DNA from: Gammaproteobacteria bacterium
Lineage (GTDB): Bacteria; Pseudomonadota; Gammaproteobacteria; Steroidobacterales; Steroidobacteraceae
NCBI GenBank assembly: GCA_027317845.1
Contig: DAHVQK010000031.1
Location: 1-58,697, forward strand
Reading direction: 5' to 3'
Length of the DNA: 58,697 nt
Position 1 is the first letter of the stretch. The number at the start of each line of letters is the position of its first letter. This document shows positions 19,588 through 30,420 of the stretch, piece after piece. The notes beneath the pieces were generated by a model, which was given only the letters and a program-made list of their open reading frames with translations, was not told the DNA's origin and did no database searches. The position numbers and the translations under genes are program-made.

Positions 19588-20619
19588 TCAGCCGATGAAG
19601 TGCTCGAGGATATGGAAGTGGTCGTCGAAGAGCTGAGCCTGCATCCGCAGTGCCTCACAGAGGGGAACCCAGCGGGCCTGCTCGGCATCGTCGGCACCCT
19701 TCACGGGCGGCAGATCGCCGCCCGGGATGTCGAAGTGGTAGGCGTGGGTGATGGTGCGGCCGCGCAGCGATCGCTCGGGATGGTCGAACACCTGTGTGCG
19801 CCGGGTGGCCAGACGAAGCGTATCGGTGAGGAGGGGTATTCCGGTCTCTTCCCGAAGTTCCCGGATGACCGCGTCGTCGATCGTCTCCGCGACATCGACG
19901 AATCCGCCCGGGAGGGCCCACAGGCCCTTGCCCGGCTCATGCTTGCGGCGCACGAGCAACACGTGCCCGGAGTGAATGACCACGGCATCGACCGTGACGA
20001 AGGTCGGCGGAAAAGGCGCGTTCGCCCAAGCCTTGCGATAGTCCTTGAAGTAGTGGTATTCGCGCAGCAGCTGGGAGAAATGTGGCCCCTCGCGGAATCC
20101 GCGCAGCATGTGAAAGACCGCCGCGGGCACTGCGGCCTCGATCGGCAGGTCCTTGCCCGCATCGCCCATGGCGCCGCTGAAGAGATGCTCGCGCAGATCA
20201 GCCGCGGAAATCCCTTCTACGCCCGGCGAGCGTACGCATTCCCACTGCGGGAACATGCGCAGACAGCAGCGGGAGGCGTCCGTCTCGTGGCCAATGATCC
20301 CGACGTGCTGGCCTTCCCCGTCGGACTGGACCGTCTCCGAGACGATGCGCTGGACGTCCGCGACCCAGAGCGGGTCGTTGTAGAGATGATCGCGCAGTGG
20401 CCGGATCATGAGCCGGGAGATCTGTTGTCCGAAGGCCATCTGGATCATCGCGGTCCGTTCCGCGGCGCTCCACGGATTGCGCGTGGTACGCGGCTTGTCG
20501 GCCGAGCCCACCAGAACGATCACCTTGCGGGCCAGCGCGAGCGCCCGGGCGATCACCGCCTGATGGCCGTTGTGGAACGGCTCGAAAGTTCCGATGAACA
20601 CCAGATAGTCAAACCGCAT
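19588..20619 (-). CDS. nadM: Bifunctional nicotinamide-nucleotide adenylyltransferase / Nudix ADP-ribose pyrophosphatase (NadM-Nudix)
   Basis: GTFEPFHNGH nucleotidyltransferase motif plus the Nudix box GGFVDVAETIDDAVIRELREETGI. Confidence 0.85.
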   Translation of the reverse strand: MRFDYLVFIGTFEPFHNGHQAVIARALALARKVIVLVGSADKPRTTRNPWSAAERTAMIQMAFGQQISRLMIRPLRDHLYNDPLWVADVQRIVSETVQSDGEGQHVGIIGHETDASRCCLRMFPQWECVRSPGVEGISAADLREHLFSGAMGDAGKDLPIEAAVPAAVFHMLRGFREGPHFSQLLREYHYFKDYRKAWANAPFPPTFVTVDAVVIHSGHVLLVRRKHEPGKGLWALPGGFVDVAETIDDAVIRELREETGIPLLTDTLRLATRRTQVFDHPERSLRGRTITHAYHFDIPGGDLPPVKGADDAEQARWVPLCEALRMQAQLFDDHFHILEHFIG

Positions 20620-22240
20620 GATGAATCAACCCGTGCCCTGATGTGCCGGCCACGCCGCGGCCGAGGATCATGTCCGCAGCCTTTTCCGCGATCATGATGG
20701 TCGGCGCATTGGTGTTGCCGCTCACCAGGGTGGGCATGATGGAGGCATCCACGACGCGAAGTCCCTCGACACCGTGCACCTTGAGCTCCGCATCCACCAC
20801 GGCCTGCGCGTCGCTGCCCATCCTGCAGGTTCCGACCGGGTGGTACTCCGTTTCCGCGGCGGCGCGAATGAACTCCCCGAGTTCGGCATCCGACTGTCTG
20901 TCCGGTCCGGGGAACACCTCTTGGCCGAGGTACGGCAGGAAAGCCGCCTGCGCGTAGATGGCGCGGGCGCGGCGAAGACCGGCGACGAGAGGAGGGAGGT
21001 CGCTCGGGTCCGACAGGTACCGGGGATCGATGCGCGGCGGAGCGGCCGGGTCGGCGGAGGCGAGCCGGATCCCTCCCCGGCTCTTCGGGCGCAGATGACA
21101 CACGTGCAGCGTCATGCCGTGGCCGGGCATTTTCCGGCGGCCGTGATCGACGACATACGCGGGGATGAAGTGCAGCTGCACGTCGGGCGTCTGTGCGGCG
21201 GCGTCGGAGCACAGGAAGCCGCCGGCCTCCGCGACGTTGCTGACGCCCGGACCGCTCTTGAACAGCGCGAACCGGATGGCCGTCCACAATGCGCCGAGCC
21301 CGCTCGCCGAGCCATCGAGCGTGATCGGTTCGGTGCAGGCATGAATGACGTTGATGTCGAGGTGATCCTGCAGGTCCCTGCCAACACCGGGCAAATCCTG
21401 GTGCACGGGGATGCCGAAGGAGCGGATCTCCGGCGCCGGGCCGATCCCCGAGAGCAACAGTAATTGCGGTGAGTTGATGGCGCCGGCCGAAAGGAGCACT
21501 TCGCGCTCCGCACGCGCCTCGCTGCGGACACCATCACGCGCATAGGCGACGCCACCCGCCCGCCCGCCCAGCATCAGTACGCGATGCACGAGGCAGCCGG
21601 TCAGCACGGTGAGATTCGGCCGTCCGCGTACCGGGTGCAGGTAGGCGGAGGCTGCGCTGCACCGCCGGCCGGCTCTTTGCGTCACCTGATAGAGTCCGGC
21701 CCCCGCCTGCTCAGGGCCGTTGAAATCCGGGTTGTGCGGCAGGCCGGCCGCGGCCGCGGCTTCGACGAACACCCGGCTCAAGGGGTTGGTGTAGCGCCGC
21801 GCGCAGACATTGAGCGGGCCGCCCCGGCCATGGAGCTCGCCGTCGATGGTCTCGTTGTTCTCCGAGCGGCGGAAATACGGCAGTACCTCGTCGTAGCCCC
21901 AGCCGGGATTTCCGAGCTCCCGCCAATGGTCGTAGTCCTGCCGCTGGCCCCGGATGTAGACCATCGCGTTGATGGAGCTCGATCCGCCCAGGGTCTTGCC
22001 GCGCGGCCAGAACATGCGCCGGTCCCGCAGGTGCGCCTGCGGCTCGGTCTGGTACAGCCAGTTGACATCAGGGGTGATCAGCCGGCCGATTCCGGCCGGC
22101 ATGCCGATGAGGAAGGAGTCATCCCGGCCGCCCGCCTCGAGCAACAGCACCTTGATCGCCGGATCGGCGCTCAGCCGATTGGCGAGCACACAGCCTGCGG
22201 ACCCGGCCCCGACGATGATGTAGTCGAACATGGCGGTCAC
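20609..22240 (-). CDS. GMC family oxidoreductase (choline dehydrogenase-like)
   Basis: FAD fold [19 protein letters not shown] and C-terminal [11 protein letters not shown]. It has an 11-nt overlap with nadM. Confidence 0.9.
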   Translation of the reverse strand: MTAMFDYIIVGAGSAGCVLANRLSADPAIKVLLLEAGGRDDSFLIGMPAGIGRLITPDVNWLYQTEPQAHLRDRRMFWPRGKTLGGSSSINAMVYIRGQRQDYDHWRELGNPGWGYDEVLPYFRRSENNETIDGELHGRGGPLNVCARRYTNPLSRVFVEAAAAAGLPHNPDFNGPEQAGAGLYQVTQRAGRRCSAASAYLHPVRGRPNLTVLTGCLVHRVLMLGGRAGGVAYARDGVRSEARAEREVLLSAGAINSPQLLLLSGIGPAPEIRSFGIPVHQDLPGVGRDLQDHLDINVIHACTEPITLDGSASGLGALWTAIRFALFKSGPGVSNVAEAGGFLCSDAAAQTPDVQLHFIPAYVVDHGRRKMPGHGMTLHVCHLRPKSRGGIRLASADPAAPPRIDPRYLSDPSDLPPLVAGLRRARAIYAQAAFLPYLGQEVFPGPDRQSDAELGEFIRAAAETEYHPVGTCRMGSDAQAVVDAELKVHGVEGLRVVDASIMPTLVSGNTNAPTIMIAEKAADMILGRGVAGTSGHGLIHHAV

Positions 22241-22444
22241 GTGTGAATGATATCAGCCCCATCTGAAGCGGATATGTCAGCAAGGCGCACTGTTCACGGG
22301 GATTTCTCATCCCCCGTTCAACGCATGGTCGACCTCGACCCAGAACTTCCGGGTATTGGTGACGAACCGGTCCCGGGCCCAATCGGCAAAGGCGATGACC
22401 GCGGTGAGAGGGTCCCAGGCGCCGGGCGAGGCTGCAGGATAAAG

Positions 22445-23092
22445 CTACCCGGCCGCGGGTTCGCGCCGGCGCCTGAGGAACGGCAGCACCACCGGGATCA
22501 GCGACACCACGATGATGAGGACGGTGACGAGCCCGAAGTTGTGTTTCACGATCGGCACGTTGCCGAAGAAATAGCCGCCCCAGAGAAGCAGCAGCACCCA
22601 CAGGAATCCGCCGAGGATGCTGTAGACCTGGAAGCGCGCGTAGGGCATCTGGCCGATGCCGGCCACGAAGGGCATGCAGGTGCGGATGACGGGGATGAAA
22701 CACGATACCGCAATGGCTTTACCGCCGTGGCGCAGGAAGAACGCCTCGGCCCGGCGCAGGTACTCGACCTTGAGCAGCCGGTAACGGCCGCTGAAGGCGG
22801 GTGGGCCGATCAGCCGGCCCGCCCCGTAGTTGACGGCATAGCCGAGCGCCGCCGCCAGACCCAACACCAGCGAGGCGATGGGAGCGCTCAGGGTGCCGGT
22901 GGTATCCACGGCCGCGAGCGCGCCGACGCCGAACAGCAGCGAGTCCCCGGGCAGGAACACCGCCACCACCACCCCGGTCTGCGCGAAGATGACACCGAAC
23001 AGGATGGGGTAGGTCCAGATGCCGACCTGGGCGAGGAGGGCCGCCAGGTGACGGTCGAGGTGCAGCACGAGGTCAATGAGCCAGGCGATCAT
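22445..23092 (-). CDS. DedA family membrane protein
   Basis: DedA/SNARE-associated pattern (FAQTGVVVAVFLPGDSLLF..., RFQVYSILGGFLW). Confidence 0.85.
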   Translation of the reverse strand: MIAWLIDLVLHLDRHLAALLAQVGIWTYPILFGVIFAQTGVVVAVFLPGDSLLFGVGALAAVDTTGTLSAPIASLVLGLAAALGYAVNYGAGRLIGPPAFSGRYRLLKVEYLRRAEAFFLRHGGKAIAVSCFIPVIRTCMPFVAGIGQMPYARFQVYSILGGFLWVLLLLWGGYFFGNVPIVKHNFGLVTVLIIVVSLIPVVLPFLRRRREPAAG

Positions 23093-23150
23093 GGACGCAG
23101 TTTACCCGCTTCGTTCGCGGGCCCAGATCATTGTGGCGGTCGGGGCGGGC

Positions 23151-24311
23151 TCACCGGGCATGACGCGCCAGCCACAGCCGCGGGTCGACGGGCCGGGTGC
23201 CCCGGCGAATGCCGAAGTACAGTTCCGGCCGGCTGGCCCCGCCGCTGTCACCCGCCTCGGCGATCATCTGGCCGGCGGCCACTTGCTGGCCCACTTGCGC
23301 GTAGAGGTGGTCATTGTGCCCGTAGAGGCTCATGTAGCCCCCGCCATGATCGATGATGATGAGCAGGCCCAGTCCCGCCAGCCAATCGGCATAGATCACC
23401 CGGCCCGGCCCCACGGCGTGCACCGGCGCGTCCATGCGGGTGGCGATCACATCCCCGTCCCAGCGCAGACCGCCGGCCCGCGCCTGGCCGTAGCGGGCGA
23501 TGAGCCTTCCGGCGACCGGCCAGGGCAGGTGGCCCTGAAGGCGTCCGAAGTGCTCGTGCTCGGCCGGCAGCCGCGCCTCGGCGCGGCGCAGCGCAGCGAG
23601 CAATGACTGCAACGCCATCTGCTGCCGACGCAACAGGGTCAGGCGTTCGGTGCCGGTACGCGTTCTTGCCTCGATGGCCGCGAGAACGTGCTCACGGCGT
23701 GTGTTGGCCTGCTCGAGCGCGGTGAACTGCGCCTGGCGCTGCCGCTGCAGGGTGGCGAGCTGCGCATCCTCGTCCCGCAACTGGGCGTCGAGCTGATCGA
23801 CCCGCCTCAGGTCCGCCTCGATGGCATGGATGTGTTGTGCCTGCTCCTGGCTGAAATAGCTGTAGTACGCGAACATCCGGCTCATGCGGCCCGGTGTGCC
23901 CTGGTTGAGCAGCAGCTTGAGCGGCCCTTCCCGGCCAATCCGATAGGCCGCGAGCAGCTCCCCGGTCAGGGCGTTGCGGTTGCGCGCCAGGTCTGTCTCG
24001 CGTTGCTGTTTTTCAGTGGCCAAAACCGTGCGCTGGGCCGCATCGGACACCCGACGCTGCTGGAGCGCTTCGAGCGCCGCCCGAGCCGTTCCGGCCGTTC
24101 TCTCGCTCGCGCGCAGCGCGAGGGTCAGGCGCCCCTGCTCGATCTTTGACTGGCTCACCTGCCGGGCCACGCGCGCAATCTGCGCCTGCACGGCCCGCAG
24201 CTGCGCCTGGGCATGACGGGCCGCGACCTGCGGAGGCACGGCGGATGCCGGCGGCAGCCCCAGACCGAGCATCAGCGCGGCCAGAATCAGGCGGATCGCG
24301 GTACGGGCCAT
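23151..24311 (-). CDS. envC: Murein hydrolase activator EnvC-like (coiled coil plus degenerate LytM/M23 domain)
   Basis: Signal peptide from ATG 24311 (MARTAIRLILAALMLGL) and a long Q/A/R coiled coil. The C-terminal LytM domain lacks the HxxxD/HxH ligands, as in E. coli EnvC. Confidence 0.8.
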   Translation of the reverse strand: MARTAIRLILAALMLGLGLPPASAVPPQVAARHAQAQLRAVQAQIARVARQVSQSKIEQGRLTLALRASERTAGTARAALEALQQRRVSDAAQRTVLATEKQQRETDLARNRNALTGELLAAYRIGREGPLKLLLNQGTPGRMSRMFAYYSYFSQEQAQHIHAIEADLRRVDQLDAQLRDEDAQLATLQRQRQAQFTALEQANTRREHVLAAIEARTRTGTERLTLLRRQQMALQSLLAALRRAEARLPAEHEHFGRLQGHLPWPVAGRLIARYGQARAGGLRWDGDVIATRMDAPVHAVGPGRVIYADWLAGLGLLIIIDHGGGYMSLYGHNDHLYAQVGQQVAAGQMIAEAGDSGGASRPELYFGIRRGTRPVDPRLWLARHAR

Positions 24312-24413
24312 CCTCGAGCGGGGCCTCGACTGCCAATGAGCCATGCCGTATTGCATAGGAACGCTATAATGCGCGACCTTTTTACGGCCGATACGGTCTT
24401 CTGCACCTCTTTC

Positions 24414-24851
24414 ATGGACCATCTCATCCTATACGTGCACGCTCATCTCTGGCTGGTCGCGGCGACCCTTGCCGTGGCGGTGGTCGCGATCGTGATCGAG
24501 ATGCGTGCTCGCGGCGAAAGCTTCGCCTCCGTTTCGCCCCAGGAGGCGATCCAGCTGATGAACCGCGGCGCGCTGGCGATCGACCTGCGCCCACTGGAAC
24601 AGTATGCGGCGGGCCACTTGTCCGGCGCGCGGCGCATGGACGGGGAGCAGATTTTGAAGGGCGGCGAGCTGCTGAAGAAGCACAAGCAGAAGCCTCTGAT
24701 CGTATATTGTGACCGCGGCTCGCTTGCCACCGCGGCGGTGAGGCAGCTGCGCGCCCAAGGTTTCGACCAGGCGGTCAATCTGCGCGGCGGGCTGTCGGCG
24801 TGGCGTGCGGAGCATCTGCCGGTGGAGAGGGATGCGGGTCAGAAGGCATGA
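24414..24851 (+). CDS. Membrane-anchored rhodanese-domain protein
   Basis: N-terminal TM helix and active-site loop VYCDRGS. The alternative ATG at 24369 overlaps a TATAAT hexamer (24365-24370). Confidence 0.8.
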   Translation: MDHLILYVHAHLWLVAATLAVAVVAIVIEMRARGESFASVSPQEAIQLMNRGALAIDLRPLEQYAAGHLSGARRMDGEQILKGGELLKKHKQKPLIVYCDRGSLATAAVRQLRAQGFDQAVNLRGGLSAWRAEHLPVERDAGQKA

Positions 24852-24870
24852 ATAATCGCCGGGAGCGATT

Positions 24871-25188
24871 TTGAACGCGACTCAGCCGAAGCTCCCCGGG
24901 GGCGAGGCCCAGGAGGGACCGGGTAAGCAGCCTGGGGTGCTCATGTACGCCACCGCCTGGTGTCCCTATTGCGCGCGAGCCCGGGAGCTGCTGCAGCGCA
25001 AGGGCGTCGCCTTCGAGGAAATCGACCTGGACACCCGCCCGCAGGCGCGCGCCGAGATGCTCGCGCGCAGCCGGCGGCACACGGTGCCGCAGATCTTCAT
25101 CGGCGAGATGCATGTCGGCGGATGCGACGATCTTTACGAACTCGATGCCCGAGGCGGCCTCGACAAACTGTTGAAACCCGGAGTCTGA
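24871..25188 (+). CDS. grxC: Glutaredoxin 3
   Basis: CPYC active site and Grx fold. The TTG start at 24871 is preceded by GGGAG. A GTG at 24937 would give a canonical ~83-aa protein. Confidence 0.85.
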   Translation: MNATQPKLPGGEAQEGPGKQPGVLMYATAWCPYCARARELLQRKGVAFEEIDLDTRPQARAEMLARSRRHTVPQIFIGEMHVGGCDDLYELDARGGLDKLLKPGV

Positions 25189-25191
25189 CAC

Positions 25192-25677
25192 ATGGCGAAT
25201 GAAGCCGCCGGCACCGCGCCGGCACCCGAAGGGGCCACCGGCCCGATCCTGCACCTGCAGCACGTCTACCTGAAGGACTGCTCGTACGAGGCCCCGAACG
25301 GCCCGCGCGGTGAAGGCAACTGGAATCCGCAGATCAATCTCGATCTGCACACCGGCGTGACCGTGCTCGCGCCCGAGATTCAGGAAGTCGTCCTGACGGT
25401 GACCGTGTCGGCCAAACAGGGCGAGACCACGGTGTTCCTGGTGGAGGTCAAACAGGCCGGCGTGTTCGTACTGCGTAACCTCTCGGAGGAGGACACCAAG
25501 CGCGCCATCGGCGCCGTCTGCCCGGGCGTGCTGTTCCCCTATGCGCGGGCGCAGGTCTCGCAGCTCATCACCCTCGGCGGGTTTCCGCAGCTCCTGCTGC
25601 CTCCCGTGAACTTCGACGCGCTGTACGCGGCCAACCAGAACCCGACGCAGTCCATCCCGGTGGAACAGGCGAACTGA
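25192..25677 (+). CDS. secB: Protein-export chaperone SecB
   Basis: SecB pattern (LQHVYLKDCSYEAPN..., CPGVLFPYARAQVSQL). It lies in the conserved grxC-secB-gpsA order. Confidence 0.9.
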   Translation: MANEAAGTAPAPEGATGPILHLQHVYLKDCSYEAPNGPRGEGNWNPQINLDLHTGVTVLAPEIQEVVLTVTVSAKQGETTVFLVEVKQAGVFVLRNLSEEDTKRAIGAVCPGVLFPYARAQVSQLITLGGFPQLLLPPVNFDALYAANQNPTQSIPVEQAN

Positions 25678-25708
25678 AGCGGCAAGGCCGCCCGCAAGTC
25701 CTCGAGGC

Positions 25709-26725
25709 ATGAGCACCGCCGGGAATGAGTTGCCCGTTGCCGTGCTCGGCGCGGGCTCGTGGGGAACGGCACTCGCCGTGCAATTCGCACGCAGCGGCCG
25801 TCCGACGCGGCTCTGGGGTCGTGACCGCGAGCGCCTCGCGGTCATGGCTCGGGAGCGGCGCAACGAGCGCTACCTGCCCTCGGGCACGTTTCCCGAATCG
25901 CTTGCCGTGGAGGCGGATCTCGCGTGCGCGCTTGGCGGTGCGCGGGATCTGCTGATCGCGGTGCCGAGCCACGCTTTTCGCGCGATGCTCACCGCGATCC
26001 GGCCGCTGCTTGCGGACGAAACGCAGCTCGCGTGGGCCACCAAGGGCTTCGAGTTGACCTCCGGCTTGCTTCCCCACCAGGTTGCGCGCGAGGTATTGGG
26101 TCCGAAGCGCTCGGTCGCGGTCCTTTCGGGACCGACCTTTGCGCGCGAGGTCGGCGCAGGACTGCCCACCGCGATGGTCGTTGGCTCCCCGGATGCGGCG
26201 TTCGCCCAGGCGCTGGCGCAGGATCTGTCCTCGACGAATTTCCGTGTCTACACCTCCACCGACATCGTGGGAGTCGAGGTGGGCGGGGCGGTCAAGAACG
26301 TGCTGGCGGTCGGCGCAGGCCTGTCCGATGGCCTGGATTTCGGCGCCAATGCGCGGGTTGCACTCATCACCCGCGGACTCGCGGAGATGATGCGTCTCGG
26401 TGTGGCGCTCGGGGCGCAACGCGAGACCTTCATGGGCCTGGCGTGCCTCGGCGACCTGGTGCTCACCTGCACCGATGATCAATCGCGCAACCGCCGATTC
26501 GGACTGCGGCTCGCGGGTGGCGGGACGCCCGCGGAGGCGTTGCAAACGATCGGACAGGTGGTGGAAGGCTATCCCGCCGCGCACGCGCTGCGCAATGTCG
26601 CCGCTCGGGCGGGCGTCGAGATGCCGCTCTGCGAGAGCATCTATCGGGTTCTTTACGAGAGCGTCCCGGCCCGGGATGCGGTGCGCGAGCTGATGACCCG
26701 GCCGATCAAGTCGGAGATCGGGTAG
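25709..26725 (+). CDS. gpsA: NAD(P)H-dependent glycerol-3-phosphate dehydrogenase
   Basis: VLGAGSWGTALA Rossmann motif and a GpsA-wide match. Confidence 0.9.
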   Translation: MSTAGNELPVAVLGAGSWGTALAVQFARSGRPTRLWGRDRERLAVMARERRNERYLPSGTFPESLAVEADLACALGGARDLLIAVPSHAFRAMLTAIRPLLADETQLAWATKGFELTSGLLPHQVAREVLGPKRSVAVLSGPTFAREVGAGLPTAMVVGSPDAAFAQALAQDLSSTNFRVYTSTDIVGVEVGGAVKNVLAVGAGLSDGLDFGANARVALITRGLAEMMRLGVALGAQRETFMGLACLGDLVLTCTDDQSRNRRFGLRLAGGGTPAEALQTIGQVVEGYPAAHALRNVAARAGVEMPLCESIYRVLYESVPARDAVRELMTRPIKSEIG

Positions 26726-26731
26726 CCCGCC

Positions 26732-27124
26732 TCAGTGGTGCAGCCAGGCGCTGCGCGCTGCCCCGAAGATCGCGCCGATCAGCAGGAACATGACCGGTCC
26801 GGCCGAGAGCGCGAACCCGAGTTCGCGCGACTTCGGCTCCTTCACATAGGATCGGAAGTAGATCACTCTGCCGACCAGGAATACGACGCCGAGTGCCGCG
26901 GCGGCCGGCGCGCTGATGTATCGGGCGAAGATCCAGATCGCCGGGATGAACATGACCAGCAGCTCGAGCGTGTTCATCTGCACCCGGAAATAACGTTCGA
27001 AGATCTCGTGCCCCGTCGTTGCGGGTGCCGCTACTCCATACCTTGCGCGCGCCTTGGCGACTGCGGCGCCGAAGACGAAAAACTCCACCAGGGCCAGGGC
27101 GATGACCAGATGCACGAGCGCCAT
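26732..27124 (-). CDS. MAPEG family membrane protein
   Basis: ~130 aa, 3-4 TM, with the motif RVQMNTLE...GRVIYFRSY typical of MAPEG proteins. Confidence 0.7.
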   Translation of the reverse strand: MALVHLVIALALVEFFVFGAAVAKARARYGVAAPATTGHEIFERYFRVQMNTLELLVMFIPAIWIFARYISAPAAAALGVVFLVGRVIYFRSYVKEPKSRELGFALSAGPVMFLLIGAIFGAARSAWLHH

Positions 27125-27191
27125 ATGAACCTCCCGCAGGAGCCGCTAGCATAGGCGAAACCGGACGCCGGGTGATGGCACAATAGCGCCC

Positions 27192-27632
27192 ATGGAGAAG
27201 ACCCGGGGCTATGCCCATAGACTCGACCTTCGCACCGACGTGCAGGTGGTCTGGCGAGCGCTGACCGATCCGTCCCTGCTCGCCCTGTGGTGCTCGCCCG
27301 ATGCCCACATCAGCGCGCGTCCCGGGGGGTTGTTCCGAGCCTGCGTCGATCGGGTGACGGAGCTCGAAGCCTGCATCGATGTGTTTGAGCCGGACCGGAG
27401 GCTGCGGCTCATCTATCTGCCCGCGGCCTCGCTTCCGCCGGCGGACAGCGCCCTGGTCGATGACTTCGTGCTCGAACCGGCGCACGCGGGCACCATCCTG
27501 CGGTTATTGGGCTCGGGCGTTCCGGGCTCGCCCGAATGGGACGTTCACCACATGCGTCTCAGGACCGGTTGGCAGGCGGCATTGACACGCCTCAAAGCCC
27601 TGCTGCACGACACTCACCGGGAGCACCCGTGA
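27192..27632 (+). CDS. SRPBCC (AHSA1/START-like) family protein
   Basis: ~146 aa with the Aha1-type pattern (VWRALTDPSLLALW..., GWQAALTRLKALL). Confidence 0.65.
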   Translation: MEKTRGYAHRLDLRTDVQVVWRALTDPSLLALWCSPDAHISARPGGLFRACVDRVTELEACIDVFEPDRRLRLIYLPAASLPPADSALVDDFVLEPAHAGTILRLLGSGVPGSPEWDVHHMRLRTGWQAALTRLKALLHDTHREHP

Positions 27633-28030
27633 CCGCCTTCTTACTGCGCGCCGTGATCAGCGCGCTCGGCCTCTGGGTCGCCACGCGATGGGTGCCTGGC
27701 ATCCGCATCGAGGACGCCGGTACCCTGGTGCTGGCCGGACTCCTGCTGGGTCTCGTCAACGCCGTGGTGCGTCCGATCGTCATCCTGCTGACGCTGCCGC
27801 TCACCGTGCTGTCCTTGGGGATCTTCCTGCTGGTGGTCAATGCGGGCATGCTGGCGCTCGTGGCCTGGATGCTGCCGGGATTTCACATCGCGGGGTTCGC
27901 AGCGGCCTTCGAGACCGCGCTCATCGTCTGGATCGTGGGGTGGCTGGCGTCCTGGCTGATCGGCCCCAAGGGGCGGATCCAGATCCACATCCACCGTCCG
28001 GGAGACGGTGGCGGATGGCCGATGCGCTGA
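27629..28030 (+). CDS. Phage holin family IV-like (DUF360) 4-TM membrane protein
   Basis: The GTG start overlaps the upstream stop (GTGA). Sequence LLRAVISALGLWVATRWVPGI...LVNAVVRPIVILLTLPLTVLSLGIF is typical of this family. Confidence 0.6.
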   Translation: MTAFLLRAVISALGLWVATRWVPGIRIEDAGTLVLAGLLLGLVNAVVRPIVILLTLPLTVLSLGIFLLVVNAGMLALVAWMLPGFHIAGFAAAFETALIVWIVGWLASWLIGPKGRIQIHIHRPGDGGGWPMR

Positions 28031-28974
28031 TGACCCATAATGGCCCGATGAGCGACTCCCTCAAACTCAAGTTCTGCGGCCTGCACTTCGCCTCGCCCAT
28101 CGTGCTGCTCTCCGGCTGCGTGGGCTTCGGCGAGGAATACACCCGCATCGAGGGCTTCTCCAACCAGGATGCGGGCGCCGTGGTGCTCAAGGGCACCACC
28201 CTCGCTCCCCGGCTCGGCAATCCGCCGCACCGCGTATCCGAGACTTCCGCGGGCATGCTGAACGCCATCGGCCTGCAGAATCCGGGCGCCGTGCACGTCA
28301 TCGAGCGGATCCTCCCCGGGCTCGAGTTCGCCGAGACGCGCTTCATCGCCAATGTGTCGGGCTCCACGGTCGAGGAATACGCCGAGGTCACGCGCCTGTT
28401 CGATCAGTCACCGATCGACGCCATCGAGATCAACATCTCCTGCCCCAACGTCAAGGAGGGCGGCGTGGCCTTCGGGAACTACCCCGACATGTCGGCCCAG
28501 GTGGTCGAGGCCTGCCGCCGGGTGACGGGCAAGCCCCTCATCACCAAGCTCTCGCCGAATCAGACCGATATCCGCGAGAACGCCCGCCGCTGCATCGAGG
28601 CCGGGACCGACGCACTCTCGGTCATCAACACCGTGATGGGCATGGCCATCGACGCCTACACGCGCCAGCCGGTGATCGGCAACATCCAGGGTGGACTCTC
28701 GGGCCCCGCCATCAAGCCGATCGCGCTGCTCAAGGTGCACCAGGTGTACGACGTGGCGCGCAGACACGGTATCCCTATCATCGGCCAGGGTGGCATCGTA
28801 AGCGCCACGGACGCCATCGAATTCCTGATTGCCGGCGCCACGGCGGTCGGGGTGGGCACCGCGCTGTTCTACGATCCGCTGGTCTGCAAGCGCATCAATG
28901 CCGGGGTTGCGGACTATCTGCGCGAGCACGGACTCAACAGCGTGACCGAGCTGACCGGGACGCTGCGAGTCTGA
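28030..28974 (+). CDS. pyrD: Class 1 (1B-type) dihydroorotate dehydrogenase catalytic subunit-like
   Basis: FASPIVLLSGCVGFG and the catalytic Cys loop EINISCPNVKEGG. Alternative starts are at 28015 and 28048. No pyrK-like gene is adjacent. Confidence 0.8.
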   Translation: MTHNGPMSDSLKLKFCGLHFASPIVLLSGCVGFGEEYTRIEGFSNQDAGAVVLKGTTLAPRLGNPPHRVSETSAGMLNAIGLQNPGAVHVIERILPGLEFAETRFIANVSGSTVEEYAEVTRLFDQSPIDAIEINISCPNVKEGGVAFGNYPDMSAQVVEACRRVTGKPLITKLSPNQTDIRENARRCIEAGTDALSVINTVMGMAIDAYTRQPVIGNIQGGLSGPAIKPIALLKVHQVYDVARRHGIPIIGQGGIVSATDAIEFLIAGATAVGVGTALFYDPLVCKRINAGVADYLREHGLNSVTELTGTLRV

Positions 28975-28983
28975 ACGGCGTCG

Positions 28984-30416
<1,433 letters not shown>

Positions 30417-30420
<4 letters not shown>

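Noticed and set aside
24365-24370. A perfect TATAAT hexamer upstream of the rhodanese-grxC-secB-gpsA genes
   Set aside because: There is no acceptable -35 at 16-18 nt spacing (TTGCAT is only 8 nt away). The hexamer overlaps an alternative start codon (ATG 24369), so I mention it in the CDS evidence only and do not report it as a promoter.
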